A DNA stretch of 64,000 nt from an uncultured Candidatus Saccharibacteria bacterium (lineage in GTDB: Bacteria > Patescibacteriota > Saccharimonadia > Saccharimonadales > Saccharimonadaceae), in contig CAZQVE010000005.1 of assembly GCA_964596695.1 (NCBI GenBank), positions 795 to 64,794 of the forward strand. Direction: 5' to 3'. The position numbers were made by a program, and so were the translations under genes. This document shows positions 9,386 through 17,799 of the stretch, piece by piece; positions within the stretch are counted from its first letter, which is position 1; each line of letters begins with the position of its first letter. The notes beneath the pieces were generated by a model. It saw only the letters and a program-made list of their open reading frames with translations. It did no database searches and was not told where the DNA came from.

Positions 9386-10324
9386 TTAGAGGATTGTAGA
9401 ATCTGTTATAGAAATTGTCTTTGCTGTGAATGGGAACGACTGCATTGCGTACCTTGATTCACCTGCTGCAAGATCCTCGTTTAAGGTATGGAACTTAACA
9501 CCTGTTAGAGTTAAGTTAACTGGACTACCATTTACATCATCGTTCATTTGATAAACCATGTTAATAGTTGTCCATTCATCAAGTAACGTTTCAATTGCGT
9601 CAGTAATGTTATACAATTCTATTGTTCCACTGATTCCTCTATATCCTGATTCAATGTGCCAGAAGTTATCATTTGCAGTAGCATGTGCTGGTGGAGGGTT
9701 TCTTTCTACCTGTACAGTCATTCCAGTAGTTCTATAATCATTTCCATTAATTGTTAATGGTTTTTGTGTTGCCGGATTTGGCTCCAAATTACTCCAGAAA
9801 GGATCTGTTGGATCTGCTGGGAATGTTAATGCATCAGTTGTAGTTAATCCTAATTTAAGTTTCAACTCATCTAATGTTAATGGTTTACTGATTTGTCTTG
9901 CTATGAAGGAATGTTCAATATTATAGTAATCTCTGAACTCCATGCTAACAGTATTAGTGATACAACCATCAAAGACTCTGTACTTTTGAACACCATTAAT
10001 GACCATTGGTAATATGAAAGTAAGAGTTTTTGCAATTGTTTTTGCTGCTGCTGGAGGTGCAATACCATATTGTATAAATCCCGTTTCTGCTAATGAATAT
10101 GCTAGTGTAAAGCTATTTTGTCTTCTCATTCTAACTACATCGAAATAGTCTGCTTGACCCAAAACATATCTAATATCATGCTCCCAAGCTTTAGTAAATC
10201 TATTTGTTTGAACGACAGGAACATTAGATAATGATATTGGTGTTTCAGCTACAGATAAGTTAGTTTCTTCGGTATAGACCATATTATCATTGATCTTTAC
10301 CATCGAAAGTGGAATTTCGCTCAT
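9386..10324 (-). CDS. putative major tail protein
   Basis: 312 aa with a beta-rich composition. It has its own strong TATA-like box and lies upstream of the chaperone-like ORFs and the tape measure gene. The assignment is by synteny only. Confidence 0.4.
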   Translation of the reverse strand: MSEIPLSMVKINDNMVYTEETNLSVAETPISLSNVPVVQTNRFTKAWEHDIRYVLGQADYFDVVRMRRQNSFTLAYSLAETGFIQYGIAPPAAAKTIAKTLTFILPMVINGVQKYRVFDGCITNTVSMEFRDYYNIEHSFIARQISKPLTLDELKLKLGLTTTDALTFPADPTDPFWSNLEPNPATQKPLTINGNDYRTTGMTVQVERNPPPAHATANDNFWHIESGYRGISGTIELYNITDAIETLLDEWTTINMVYQMNDDVNGSPVNLTLTGVKFHTLNEDLAAGESRYAMQSFPFTAKTISITDSTIL

Positions 10325-10342
10325 TCTAAGTTGTTATCAGTT

Positions 10343-10355
10343 TATAGTTACTTAA
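10343..10355 (-). promoter_or_regulatory. TTAAGTAACTATA box (candidate late-gene TATA/promoter element)
   Basis: The identical 13-mer, at the identical distance (19-31 nt upstream of the ATG), occurs upstream of genes 9386-10324 and 15434-16723. Confidence 0.45.
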
Positions 10356-10361
10356 ATATAC

Positions 10362-10380
10362 AACGTTACTGTATATAGTA
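10362..10380 (+). promoter_or_regulatory. AACGTTACT-GTATATAGTA box
   Basis: Matches 40128-40147 except for one inserted base. It sits 6 nt before the ATG at 10386, in a divergent intergenic region. Confidence 0.4.
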
Positions 10381-10385
10381 ATATA

Positions 10386-10799
10386 ATGAGTTTAAATGTT
10401 CCAGAATATGCAGTTTATGACGAAGTTAAGAATTTATCAGGTTCACCTAAAGAATCAGAGTTTTCTCAAGCAGAAATAGAGGCAATTATTGCTAATCAAA
10501 ATAGTATCGTTAATGATGAACTGCCTTTTGTTTTCGAACCTGGTGACATTGGTTATGAATGGGTTGTAGAACTAACTAATTATCTATCTGCTATTGAAGT
10601 AAGAAAGCAATGGTACGATTTAGGTAACAAAGTTCCTGCTTATGAAAGGCATGTTGCCGATTTAAGAGAAAAAATTAAACAAGGTTTTCCAGAATCAGAC
10701 AAAGCTACAGGTTTAGTATTTAGTGAACTTGAAGAGGTTGACTATATCTACATGAGTGATAGATTTTTAGGAGGTTCAAAATACGTTGGTTCAATATGA
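10386..10799 (+). CDS. hypothetical protein
   Basis: 137-aa ORF with an ATG start and a promoter-like region upstream. No family recognised. Confidence 0.5.
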   Translation: MSLNVPEYAVYDEVKNLSGSPKESEFSQAEIEAIIANQNSIVNDELPFVFEPGDIGYEWVVELTNYLSAIEVRKQWYDLGNKVPAYERHVADLREKIKQGFPESDKATGLVFSELEEVDYIYMSDRFLGGSKYVGSI

Positions 10800-11412
10800 A
10801 TGGATTCCATTTGGTAAAACTTCTCCAAGAAGAAAACCATTATGGAAAATCATGTTAAATCATATTAAATCTCAATGGCCTACTGCTTATCGGGATACTT
10901 CTGCTATTGAAACTCCTAGTGAACATATACTTAAGCCGTTCTCTTTAAAAGATGAAATTGGTTGGGGAGTTTCATATAAGCACTTTGAATCTAGTGAAGA
11001 AAGATGTACTATTACTGCTTATGTAGATGATAAATATAATGACTATACCGAATACAAATATTCACATGGAAATGCTAGATTGCTCCGTACTTATGTTTCA
11101 GTTGATATGTCATATAGATTTACAGAACATGTAACTAAACTTGATGATGATGATTATCCCATTCAATTTGAAGGTAATAAAATTATGATAGATAATATAT
11201 TGAGTGATGTTTCATGCTTGGAAAGTTATGGTGTTCACTATCTGTATAAAAGTAGAACAGTATTTGATGGTAGATTTAGTGATGAGGAAATATTTCTTGA
11301 GAGATTATCTAGAGATGCAGATGATAATGTTTTTGAAATAGAAAACGATCTTATTTGGATCTACAGAAAAATATATGCTTTAGAATACTTTGAAGGGATT
11401 AAGTTTTACTAA
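10786..11412 (+). CDS. hypothetical protein
   Basis: 208 aa with a TTG start. An AGGAGG (10769-10774) lies 11 nt upstream. It overlaps the upstream gene by 14 nt. Confidence 0.5.
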   Translation: MVQYEWIPFGKTSPRRKPLWKIMLNHIKSQWPTAYRDTSAIETPSEHILKPFSLKDEIGWGVSYKHFESSEERCTITAYVDDKYNDYTEYKYSHGNARLLRTYVSVDMSYRFTEHVTKLDDDDYPIQFEGNKIMIDNILSDVSCLESYGVHYLYKSRTVFDGRFSDEEIFLERLSRDADDNVFEIENDLIWIYRKIYALEYFEGIKFY

Positions 11413-11602
11413 CCTTCAAATTATTTATTTCTTGTTGGGCAATATTCACAACAATTCCTGCTTGTTCGCCTACAGATTCTCTAATATCTCCTGCTATATC
11501 TCTTAATTCTTCTGTGTCTAAATCGCTCTCTTCTAGCATCTTTCTTGATGCATCTAAAATTCCAATAAGTAAATCTCTTTGATAGAATAATCTTGATTCC
11601 AT
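11399..11602 (-). CDS. hypothetical small acidic protein
   Basis: 67-aa ORF in the structural-module orientation. Confidence 0.35.
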   Translation of the reverse strand: MESRLFYQRDLLIGILDASRKMLEESDLDTEELRDIAGDIRESVGEQAGIVVNIAQQEINNLKVSKT

Positions 11603-11628
11603 ACCAAAAAAATAGTAAAGAAGGTAAT

Positions 11629-12009
11629 TTAATAGTTTCTATTTAACCAAACATAATCAATTCTGTTATTAACCCAACTTCCATCTTTAGGATCATTTGG
11701 ATCAATCTTAATTTCTATATTTTGTAATAGTTTTTGTTCGAAAGGATCATTGTTATAGAATAATAGATCATAAATTGATTTACCATTTACTTCACCATAT
11801 TTGAATCTCATTCCTATCCATTTCTTTGTAACAGGATCAACTATAACTCTTGTTTGGGTTCGAGCTAAACACTCTTCTATATTTGCAAAAAATTTATTTG
11901 CTTTTTCTCTTTCCTCTTTTGCTAGTTTCTTTGCTTCTCTTTCTTTTGTTACTTGTGCTAGAATACGTTTTGCTTTATCTGTTGCCATTGTTACTAATAA
12001 TTGTGTCAC
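11629..12009 (-). CDS. hypothetical protein
   Basis: 126-aa ORF contiguous with 12010-12333. Confidence 0.45.
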   Translation of the reverse strand: MTQLLVTMATDKAKRILAQVTKEREAKKLAKEEREKANKFFANIEECLARTQTRVIVDPVTKKWIGMRFKYGEVNGKSIYDLLFYNNDPFEQKLLQNIEIKIDPNDPKDGSWVNNRIDYVWLNRNY

Positions 12010-12333
12010 TCAAGTAAATATAATTTTCCCTGCTCTATCTATTATGTAATCTTTTTTACCCCAATTTTCCATACAGAAAATGATACGATTTTGATAATCA
12101 GTTGTGTTATTTAATTTTTCTAAATTATCCCATAACCAATTAGGATAATCTGTCATATTGATAGTCATAGATGTATTTGCTGTTTTCTTTGATCTTAACA
12201 AACATTTTATTTTGTTCCCTTTATCGTGACATTCCCAATAACAATTGTCACCTAAGTAAACTGTCATAACCATACTGTCTTTAAAAGCTAACTTATTTAT
12301 ATTAGTAACGGTCAGTTTTATTAGAAATGTCAC
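12010..12333 (-). CDS. hypothetical protein
   Basis: 107-aa ORF that abuts the next gene with no gap. Confidence 0.45.
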   Translation of the reverse strand: MTFLIKLTVTNINKLAFKDSMVMTVYLGDNCYWECHDKGNKIKCLLRSKKTANTSMTINMTDYPNWLWDNLEKLNNTTDYQNRIIFCMENWGKKDYIIDRAGKIIFT

Positions 12334-12974
12334 AAGTTACATTTAAGATACAACAACCAGTAATGCAAAGGGTAAAGTATTATCCTGATTACCTTAGTAA
12401 AGATATGGAAAATTTCAAAGCATCTAATGCAGTCTATCCAATGGTAAAGGATGATGATAATGCTATTGATTTTTTCAAGAAAGCAAAAGATAGAAAACTA
12501 AATGTCATTAATGAAATTAAAACTATCTATAGAACTAAAAGAGGCAACAAAGAATTTACAAATTACACTCTTAATTTTAGATTAGTAGACGATAATGGAA
12601 TTGAAACTGGAGATGAATTTTTGCATGTATTTGGTTGCGAAAAATTCCCAAAGATTAAAGAAGTAATAAAAAATAATGAAATTAAATTAGAACCTGATGG
12701 AATTAGATTACAGCATGTTATACCATTCAATGCCAAAGAAGTGGAGAAAATTATAAAGATGTGTCATGATGACTATAAAGAGAACATACTGTTTGTCTAT
12801 AATGAAATTCCTAATGATTCTGGAGTACCAGTGAATCAACATAGAACTGATTTGATTCGTTCCGAAAAAATCTTTAAAGAGGCAACAAATAGGGAGATAA
12901 AGAAAATCATTGAGAAAAAAGCAAACGAAATAGAATCATTAGATGATTTAAACACATTTAAACTAAAACCTTAA
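12327..12974 (+). CDS. hypothetical protein
   Basis: 215-aa ORF on a plus-strand island inside the structural block. Confidence 0.5.
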   Translation: MSQVTFKIQQPVMQRVKYYPDYLSKDMENFKASNAVYPMVKDDDNAIDFFKKAKDRKLNVINEIKTIYRTKRGNKEFTNYTLNFRLVDDNGIETGDEFLHVFGCEKFPKIKEVIKNNEIKLEPDGIRLQHVIPFNAKEVEKIIKMCHDDYKENILFVYNEIPNDSGVPVNQHRTDLIRSEKIFKEATNREIKKIIEKKANEIESLDDLNTFKLKP

Positions 12975-13002
12975 GTCACATCTCAAACAAAGTACCCGTA
13001 TA

Positions 13003-13512
13003 ATGCGGGAAAATAAAATTATTTTTTTTGTATTTATTTGTCTATCTATAGCTTTCGTTGGTAGCACTTTCAATCTTAATCATTCAGCGGGTCAAACCGA
13101 TGGAGAAACAAATCCTGTTACAAAAATATGGATTGATTTTACTAGCATTATTACAGATGTTTCCGTTTTTATTATCGTTGGTTTTATGGGTTATATTGCC
13201 ACAAAAGTTAATGGTTGGATCAAAGGTAATAAAGAATGGAAAGATTCTATACAAAAGCAATTTAATGAAACAGGTAAGAAAATAGATACTCTTACTACTG
13301 AAACCAAATACGAACTTTCTAAAACTAATACTGCAATACAATTACTTGTTTCAGATTCAAAAAGTACAAAAGAAATTACTGATCGTGAAATTTCGGAAAT
13401 AGCCCATGATTATGATGCGCTTAGCCTTCAAGTGACCGAAAATAAAGTTAGAATACAAGGATTAGAAGAGGATGTTAAAGAAATAAGACAAGATCTTAAA
13501 AGCAAGAAATAA
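13003..13512 (+). CDS. membrane-anchored coiled-coil protein
   Basis: Has an N-terminal hydrophobic helix (IIFFVFICLSIAFVG), a second one (VSVFIIVGFMGYIA), and then a heptad-rich tail. Confidence 0.5.
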   Translation: MRENKIIFFVFICLSIAFVGSTFNLNHSAGQTDGETNPVTKIWIDFTSIITDVSVFIIVGFMGYIATKVNGWIKGNKEWKDSIQKQFNETGKKIDTLTTETKYELSKTNTAIQLLVSDSKSTKEITDREISEIAHDYDALSLQVTENKVRIQGLEEDVKEIRQDLKSKK

Positions 13513-13537
13513 ATATCCTTTTTAATCATACTTTTTA

Positions 13538-13738
13538 TTGAAATATAAATTAAAATTTGATTCTAATCTTAATGGGTTTGTCATTAAGAAATATACTAAT
13601 AAAGATGAATTAAAAAAAACTTATAATATTTATAAAAGAAAAGAAAATGAATTTGATTGTAACTGTTTTCAGTATTTAAAAAATGGTGTGTGTAAACACA
13701 TTTTCTGGATTAGCTTATTAATCCAGATGCAGCGGTAA
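13538..13738 (+). CDS. SWIM-type zinc-finger protein
   Basis: CNCFQYLKNGVCKH fits the SWIM pattern CxCx(n)CxH. TTG start. Confidence 0.45.
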   Translation: MKYKLKFDSNLNGFVIKKYTNKDELKKTYNIYKRKENEFDCNCFQYLKNGVCKHIFWISLLIQMQR

Positions 13739-14873
13739 TCAGTGTTGGTCTTGTGATCTCAATATTGTAATATGTTTTGATCATTGTTCCGAACTCAGAT
13801 TGATCCCTGTTTGTGAAGTTTACAACTTTTTGTGGCCCTTGTAGATGTGTAATTGCGTCTGCTGTACTAAAGATCAGTCTGTTTGTTGTTAACAGATCGT
13901 CATAAGTCCATGTTAACCCGTCTACCAATGGTATCTGAGTTGCAGAACCGTTACCATAACTATAAGGTCTTCTTAATATAGCTTGTAATCCTGGAGGAGC
14001 TGTTGCACCTACGTTATATAAGTATGCATCCAATACTGCTTTTGTAGAGTAAAGATTTGCTGGAGGAGACAAGTTCTTACTATTGATTTGGTCTAGACCC
14101 CATGCAACATCATCTAAAGCATGAACTGCAAATGCACCACTTGTTATAGTTGTCCAATTGTTCTTTGCTGTTGCAGAAATACCGTTTAATAGAGTTGCAA
14201 TCCATTTGTTTTTGTGGAGATCGATTGCACCACCTAATTGAGACAGAATTTCACTTTCAATGTCCATTTTGAACCTTGTAAGTCTTAATTCCTCACCAAC
14301 TGCGTATGCATATCCATATCTCTTTACATTCATGGTACTTGAACTGATACCAAAGTTACTTACCTCATATGGAGAGTTATTGAATTTCAGATCTTCGTTT
14401 ATGATGTCTTGGTCGATAGGATCGATTGTCAAGAATTCGATACCGTTAAGATCGTTTGTTGTTCTTGTGGTTACTGTTTGAAGTAAACCGTGCTCTCTTA
14501 TAGTTGGTCTGTAAACTGCAACGTTAGTTGCTGCCATTTGTATAGCTTGGTAATATTCAGGTTGGATTATACCTGCGAATGCAGCACCTTTTTGTGCTTT
14601 TGATTTAGAAGAATCATTTCTGATTCTGTCCATTTTAAGTAACGCATCATGATAAGAGCTGTTCCATCCTAAAACAACGGATTCATCATGCATATCTTGT
14701 GTTGCATTTTCTTTTGGAAATGCACTTGCACCTTCCATCCATGTGTTTAAATTGAAAACCACATTGCTCATATCAGGTTTTGTTACATCTAAAGCATCGT
14801 TACCTATTACAACTTCTCCTGTAGCAGGAAGTAAGGTACAAACCTTTAGTGGAATAATATCGTTATCAGACAT
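13710..14873 (-). CDS. major capsid protein (HK97-fold / lambda gpE-like, by position)
   Basis: 387 aa. It is the last gene in the order scaffold/protease, decoration-like protein, capsid protein, and has a TATA-like box upstream. Its N-terminal ~100 aa carry the shared QKGAAFAG motif. Confidence 0.65.
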   Translation of the reverse strand: MSDNDIIPLKVCTLLPATGEVVIGNDALDVTKPDMSNVVFNLNTWMEGASAFPKENATQDMHDESVVLGWNSSYHDALLKMDRIRNDSSKSKAQKGAAFAGIIQPEYYQAIQMAATNVAVYRPTIREHGLLQTVTTRTTNDLNGIEFLTIDPIDQDIINEDLKFNNSPYEVSNFGISSSTMNVKRYGYAYAVGEELRLTRFKMDIESEILSQLGGAIDLHKNKWIATLLNGISATAKNNWTTITSGAFAVHALDDVAWGLDQINSKNLSPPANLYSTKAVLDAYLYNVGATAPPGLQAILRRPYSYGNGSATQIPLVDGLTWTYDDLLTTNRLIFSTADAITHLQGPQKVVNFTNRDQSEFGTMIKTYYNIEITRPTLITAASGLIS

Positions 14874-14899
14874 TAGTATTACTCACTTTATACCTCTAT

Positions 14900-15421
14900 T
14901 TAAGCTGGAGCTGCGTTTATCTTCCTACCAAGAGGACTATTCAGCCAAATGAGAACTTTGTTACCTGGATCTGTTGTAGTTGCATTTGTTACTGCTTTAC
15001 CTAAACCTTCGCTAATCTTTGCTGCTTGTTTCATGAATATGATGTTTGCTGCAATATTTGCATCGTCAGAAGCGATAACCCACTTTGTTACTTTACCTAA
15101 TGTATCTAATTTACAATAGTCTCTTTCTACAAGAACAGATGTTGTTTCGACACAAACCAAACCAGTAATAAGAACGTTAATCCTTGTTGCTGTGTCTGCT
15201 GCATCTTCTAATGCTACTACAACATTAGTAATAACATCTCCACCTGCTCCTATTTCATAGTAATTGTTTACTGGGTCATAAATTAAAACTTGACCTGCTG
15301 TTACTGCTTCAGTGTTTTTCTTAGGAACAATGTCAGTAAAGTAAGGAAGTCTAGAATCTATTTCTCCTAGACGATATGCTTTTGTAATATTAGTTGGAAA
15401 ATTTTTAACTGTTGTTACCAT
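14900..15421 (-). CDS. DUF2190-like head decoration / capsid cement protein
   Basis: 173 aa. VVALEDAADTATRINVLITGLVCVETTSVLVERDYCKLDTLGKV resembles the DUF2190 beta-clip signature. It lies between the scaffold and capsid genes. Confidence 0.5.
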   Translation of the reverse strand: MVTTVKNFPTNITKAYRLGEIDSRLPYFTDIVPKKNTEAVTAGQVLIYDPVNNYYEIGAGGDVITNVVVALEDAADTATRINVLITGLVCVETTSVLVERDYCKLDTLGKVTKWVIASDDANIAANIIFMKQAAKISEGLGKAVTNATTTDPGNKVLIWLNSPLGRKINAAPA

Positions 15422-15433
15422 TACTTAGTCACT

Positions 15434-16723
15434 CTACTTATACCATTCACTAATTTTTAAAGGTATAACGCTTCCCCATTGTGTGTTAACTCTCTTTGCT
15501 GGTAACTCCGATTCTGGAACTTCGTCTTCTTTCAATAGATCAGTTGGGTTGAACATAACTCCACCATATGCAGATCCTTTTTGAGGATTGTCTTTGTTAG
15601 TGTTTTCTGCTTTTTCAACTTTAATTGGAAATGCTTCGTCAAGATAAATTTTTAGATCTTCATCATTTGGAAATTTCTCATTTATCCAATTAACTTTGTT
15701 TGTAAAGTCTTCAACTTTTCCACCAAAATGTTTGTCTAAATTAATATGACTTTTAATGAGAGCTTTTCTTTCATTTAGCTTTCTTTCTTGTTCTGCTGCT
15801 TTCATCGCTTCTAGTTCTTTCTTTGTAGCTTCGTTGCTTTCTTTAAGAACATTAAGAGTTTCACTTACATTAGATAACTGTGCTTGTACTTCTTTTGGTA
15901 CATTATAGTTTTCTAATAGTTTAGCGAACTCAGTTGCATCGAATCCACTTGTTGGAACATTATCTGCACCTGTGCTGACTGGCTCAGGAACAGTTGGATT
16001 TTGAGTTTCACTCATTCTAGGGTTATCTTCGGTTACGCTAGTATTTATATTCTCATCTATTAGTAACGCTGCATTTGCCATTCCTTTCTTACATGAACCT
16101 AATGATCCTTCACAATACGCTTTCATTCTTGCTTCGTTGCCATTTGCAGGAATATTTGCATTAGCAACATGGAGAAAATCTAAGAATTGTTCTGTATCAT
16201 AAATTTGATTTCCTTCTACAACTTGAAATGTTCCATAAATTGAAGGTGATGGAGTTGGATTTATTTTACCTTCTCTGATACCTTGTTTATAATCTTCATT
16301 TTCTACCTTTAAAATAAAATCTGCTATTGCAGTTTTTGGTGTTTCCCTACACATTCCCATAGATAGATCACATGTATTTAGTACTCCTCCAAATGAAGCT
16401 CCTTTTTGAACATCATACATATCTACTATGTGACCTTGTGCTAATGGTTCGAATTTCTCCCATACTTTTTCTACAATCTCTTCATCAGAAACACCTTGAT
16501 CTTGTAGTTCAGCTATAAACTTTCTAGTTTCAAATTCTTTATGATCATCTCCTTTACTAATTTTAGTAATATCAATATAAGGAATCTTACCTAATGATCT
16601 TCCTAACTGCTTGAATGCATTTTGATTAAATGGCATGTACCATTTTGCTTTATTTAGATCATCTTTGAAAAGAGTTAACTTTACAAAAAAACCATTCTCA
16701 TTTTCAACGTAATTGTTACTCAT
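15434..16723 (-). CDS. prohead scaffolding protein, possibly fused to the maturation protease
   Basis: 429 aa with a coiled-coil segment (ATKKELEAMKAAEQERKLNERKALI). It sits directly upstream of the decoration and capsid genes and carries two copies of the QKG(A/S)(S/A)(F/Y)GG motif. Confidence 0.5.
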   Translation of the reverse strand: MSNNYVENENGFFVKLTLFKDDLNKAKWYMPFNQNAFKQLGRSLGKIPYIDITKISKGDDHKEFETRKFIAELQDQGVSDEEIVEKVWEKFEPLAQGHIVDMYDVQKGASFGGVLNTCDLSMGMCRETPKTAIADFILKVENEDYKQGIREGKINPTPSPSIYGTFQVVEGNQIYDTEQFLDFLHVANANIPANGNEARMKAYCEGSLGSCKKGMANAALLIDENINTSVTEDNPRMSETQNPTVPEPVSTGADNVPTSGFDATEFAKLLENYNVPKEVQAQLSNVSETLNVLKESNEATKKELEAMKAAEQERKLNERKALIKSHINLDKHFGGKVEDFTNKVNWINEKFPNDEDLKIYLDEAFPIKVEKAENTNKDNPQKGSAYGGVMFNPTDLLKEDEVPESELPAKRVNTQWGSVIPLKISEWYK

Positions 16724-16741
16724 TGGGTGTAACTATGCTTA

Positions 16742-16754
16742 TATAGTTACTTAA
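16742..16754 (-). promoter_or_regulatory. TTAAGTAACTATA box (second copy)
   Basis: Identical 13-mer 19-31 nt upstream of the ATG at 16723. Confidence 0.45.
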
Positions 16755-17515
16755 GTTTTAACCCATTTGTTGTAATCTAGATTTTCTATTGTGCCGTCTT
16801 GACGTTCTAAATATAATCTAGGAGTAACACGTCTTTTAAAATTTACAATTGTACTGATATTGTTATCAAACTGATACTTCATTAATGAACCAATATCTTC
16901 ACAATTTTCTATTCCTTTTAGATGTAAATTACGTGCATCAAAATCTACATATTGGTCTATTCTTTCTCTCAGTAATGAAACTGAAAAATCAGAATCTATT
17001 CCTTTTCCTGCACTACTAAATGGAACCTTTTCTAATACATCTCTTCTTATGAATGTTAATGGAAAACCTGAGAATGCTACTTTCTTGATCCCTTTATGTT
17101 GGCCTGATTTAGCATAAAATTCTCTATTTGGTATTTCATTCATCATTAAATATTCTCTACCATTTTGATGATTCCAATCTATTACAACATCTATATCATA
17201 TGTTTCAAATTTGTCACAATTAAAATTGCATACACCTGATAAAACTGCATAATCTCTTTTTTTTAGATCAGCTACTAATCTATCTATAGTTTCTGGATCA
17301 ACTAATAAATCATCAGGTAGAATAACAAAATGTGTGTACTCTTTATGTTCTAAGAAATAGTTACGCATTACTTCATAGACTTGTAATTCATTAAAATTTT
17401 CTTTGAACCATAATTTATCATAACCTTTTATTTCATCAAATGCTTCCTTAATTACGCCTATGTTTCGTGGAGAAGGAATGCATATGAGAGGTTTAATCTC
17501 CCTTTGGTTTGTCAT
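16751..17515 (-). CDS. GT-A fold glycosyltransferase-like protein
   Basis: Has an N-terminal beta-strand (LICIPSPRN), a DxD-like VILPDDLL, and a later GFPLTFIRRDVL segment. The call is motif-level only. Confidence 0.35.
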   Translation of the reverse strand: MTNQREIKPLICIPSPRNIGVIKEAFDEIKGYDKLWFKENFNELQVYEVMRNYFLEHKEYTHFVILPDDLLVDPETIDRLVADLKKRDYAVLSGVCNFNCDKFETYDIDVVIDWNHQNGREYLMMNEIPNREFYAKSGQHKGIKKVAFSGFPLTFIRRDVLEKVPFSSAGKGIDSDFSVSLLRERIDQYVDFDARNLHLKGIENCEDIGSLMKYQFDNNISTIVNFKRRVTPRLYLERQDGTIENLDYNKWVKT

Positions 17516-17768
17516 CTTCGATTCTGTTTAAATATTCTATTAGTTCCTCAAAACCTTCATTTGTGGGATTTTTCTTTAGTTGTATGATTCTTCCTGTTAA
17601 ATAACGTAATGTTCTGTTAAGAACAATCTCACTTGATTGTGCAATGTCTTTAAATTGAATGGCTTGGGCGGTAACTTGATTTAGTTGTCTTGCAATGTTT
17701 TCTGTATTTTGTTTTAAAAGTTTAATTTCTTCTTGTTCTTTAGAAAGATGTTTAGTTACTTTACTCAT
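17493..17768 (-). CDS. hypothetical coiled-coil protein
   Basis: 91-aa ORF with a TATA-like CTTTTTATATTTT 19-31 nt upstream. Confidence 0.4.
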   Translation of the reverse strand: MSKVTKHLSKEQEEIKLLKQNTENIARQLNQVTAQAIQFKDIAQSSEIVLNRTLRYLTGRIIQLKKNPTNEGFEELIEYLNRIEDDKPKGD

Positions 17769-17799
17769 TACTAGAAATGAGTATACAAAATATAAAAAG

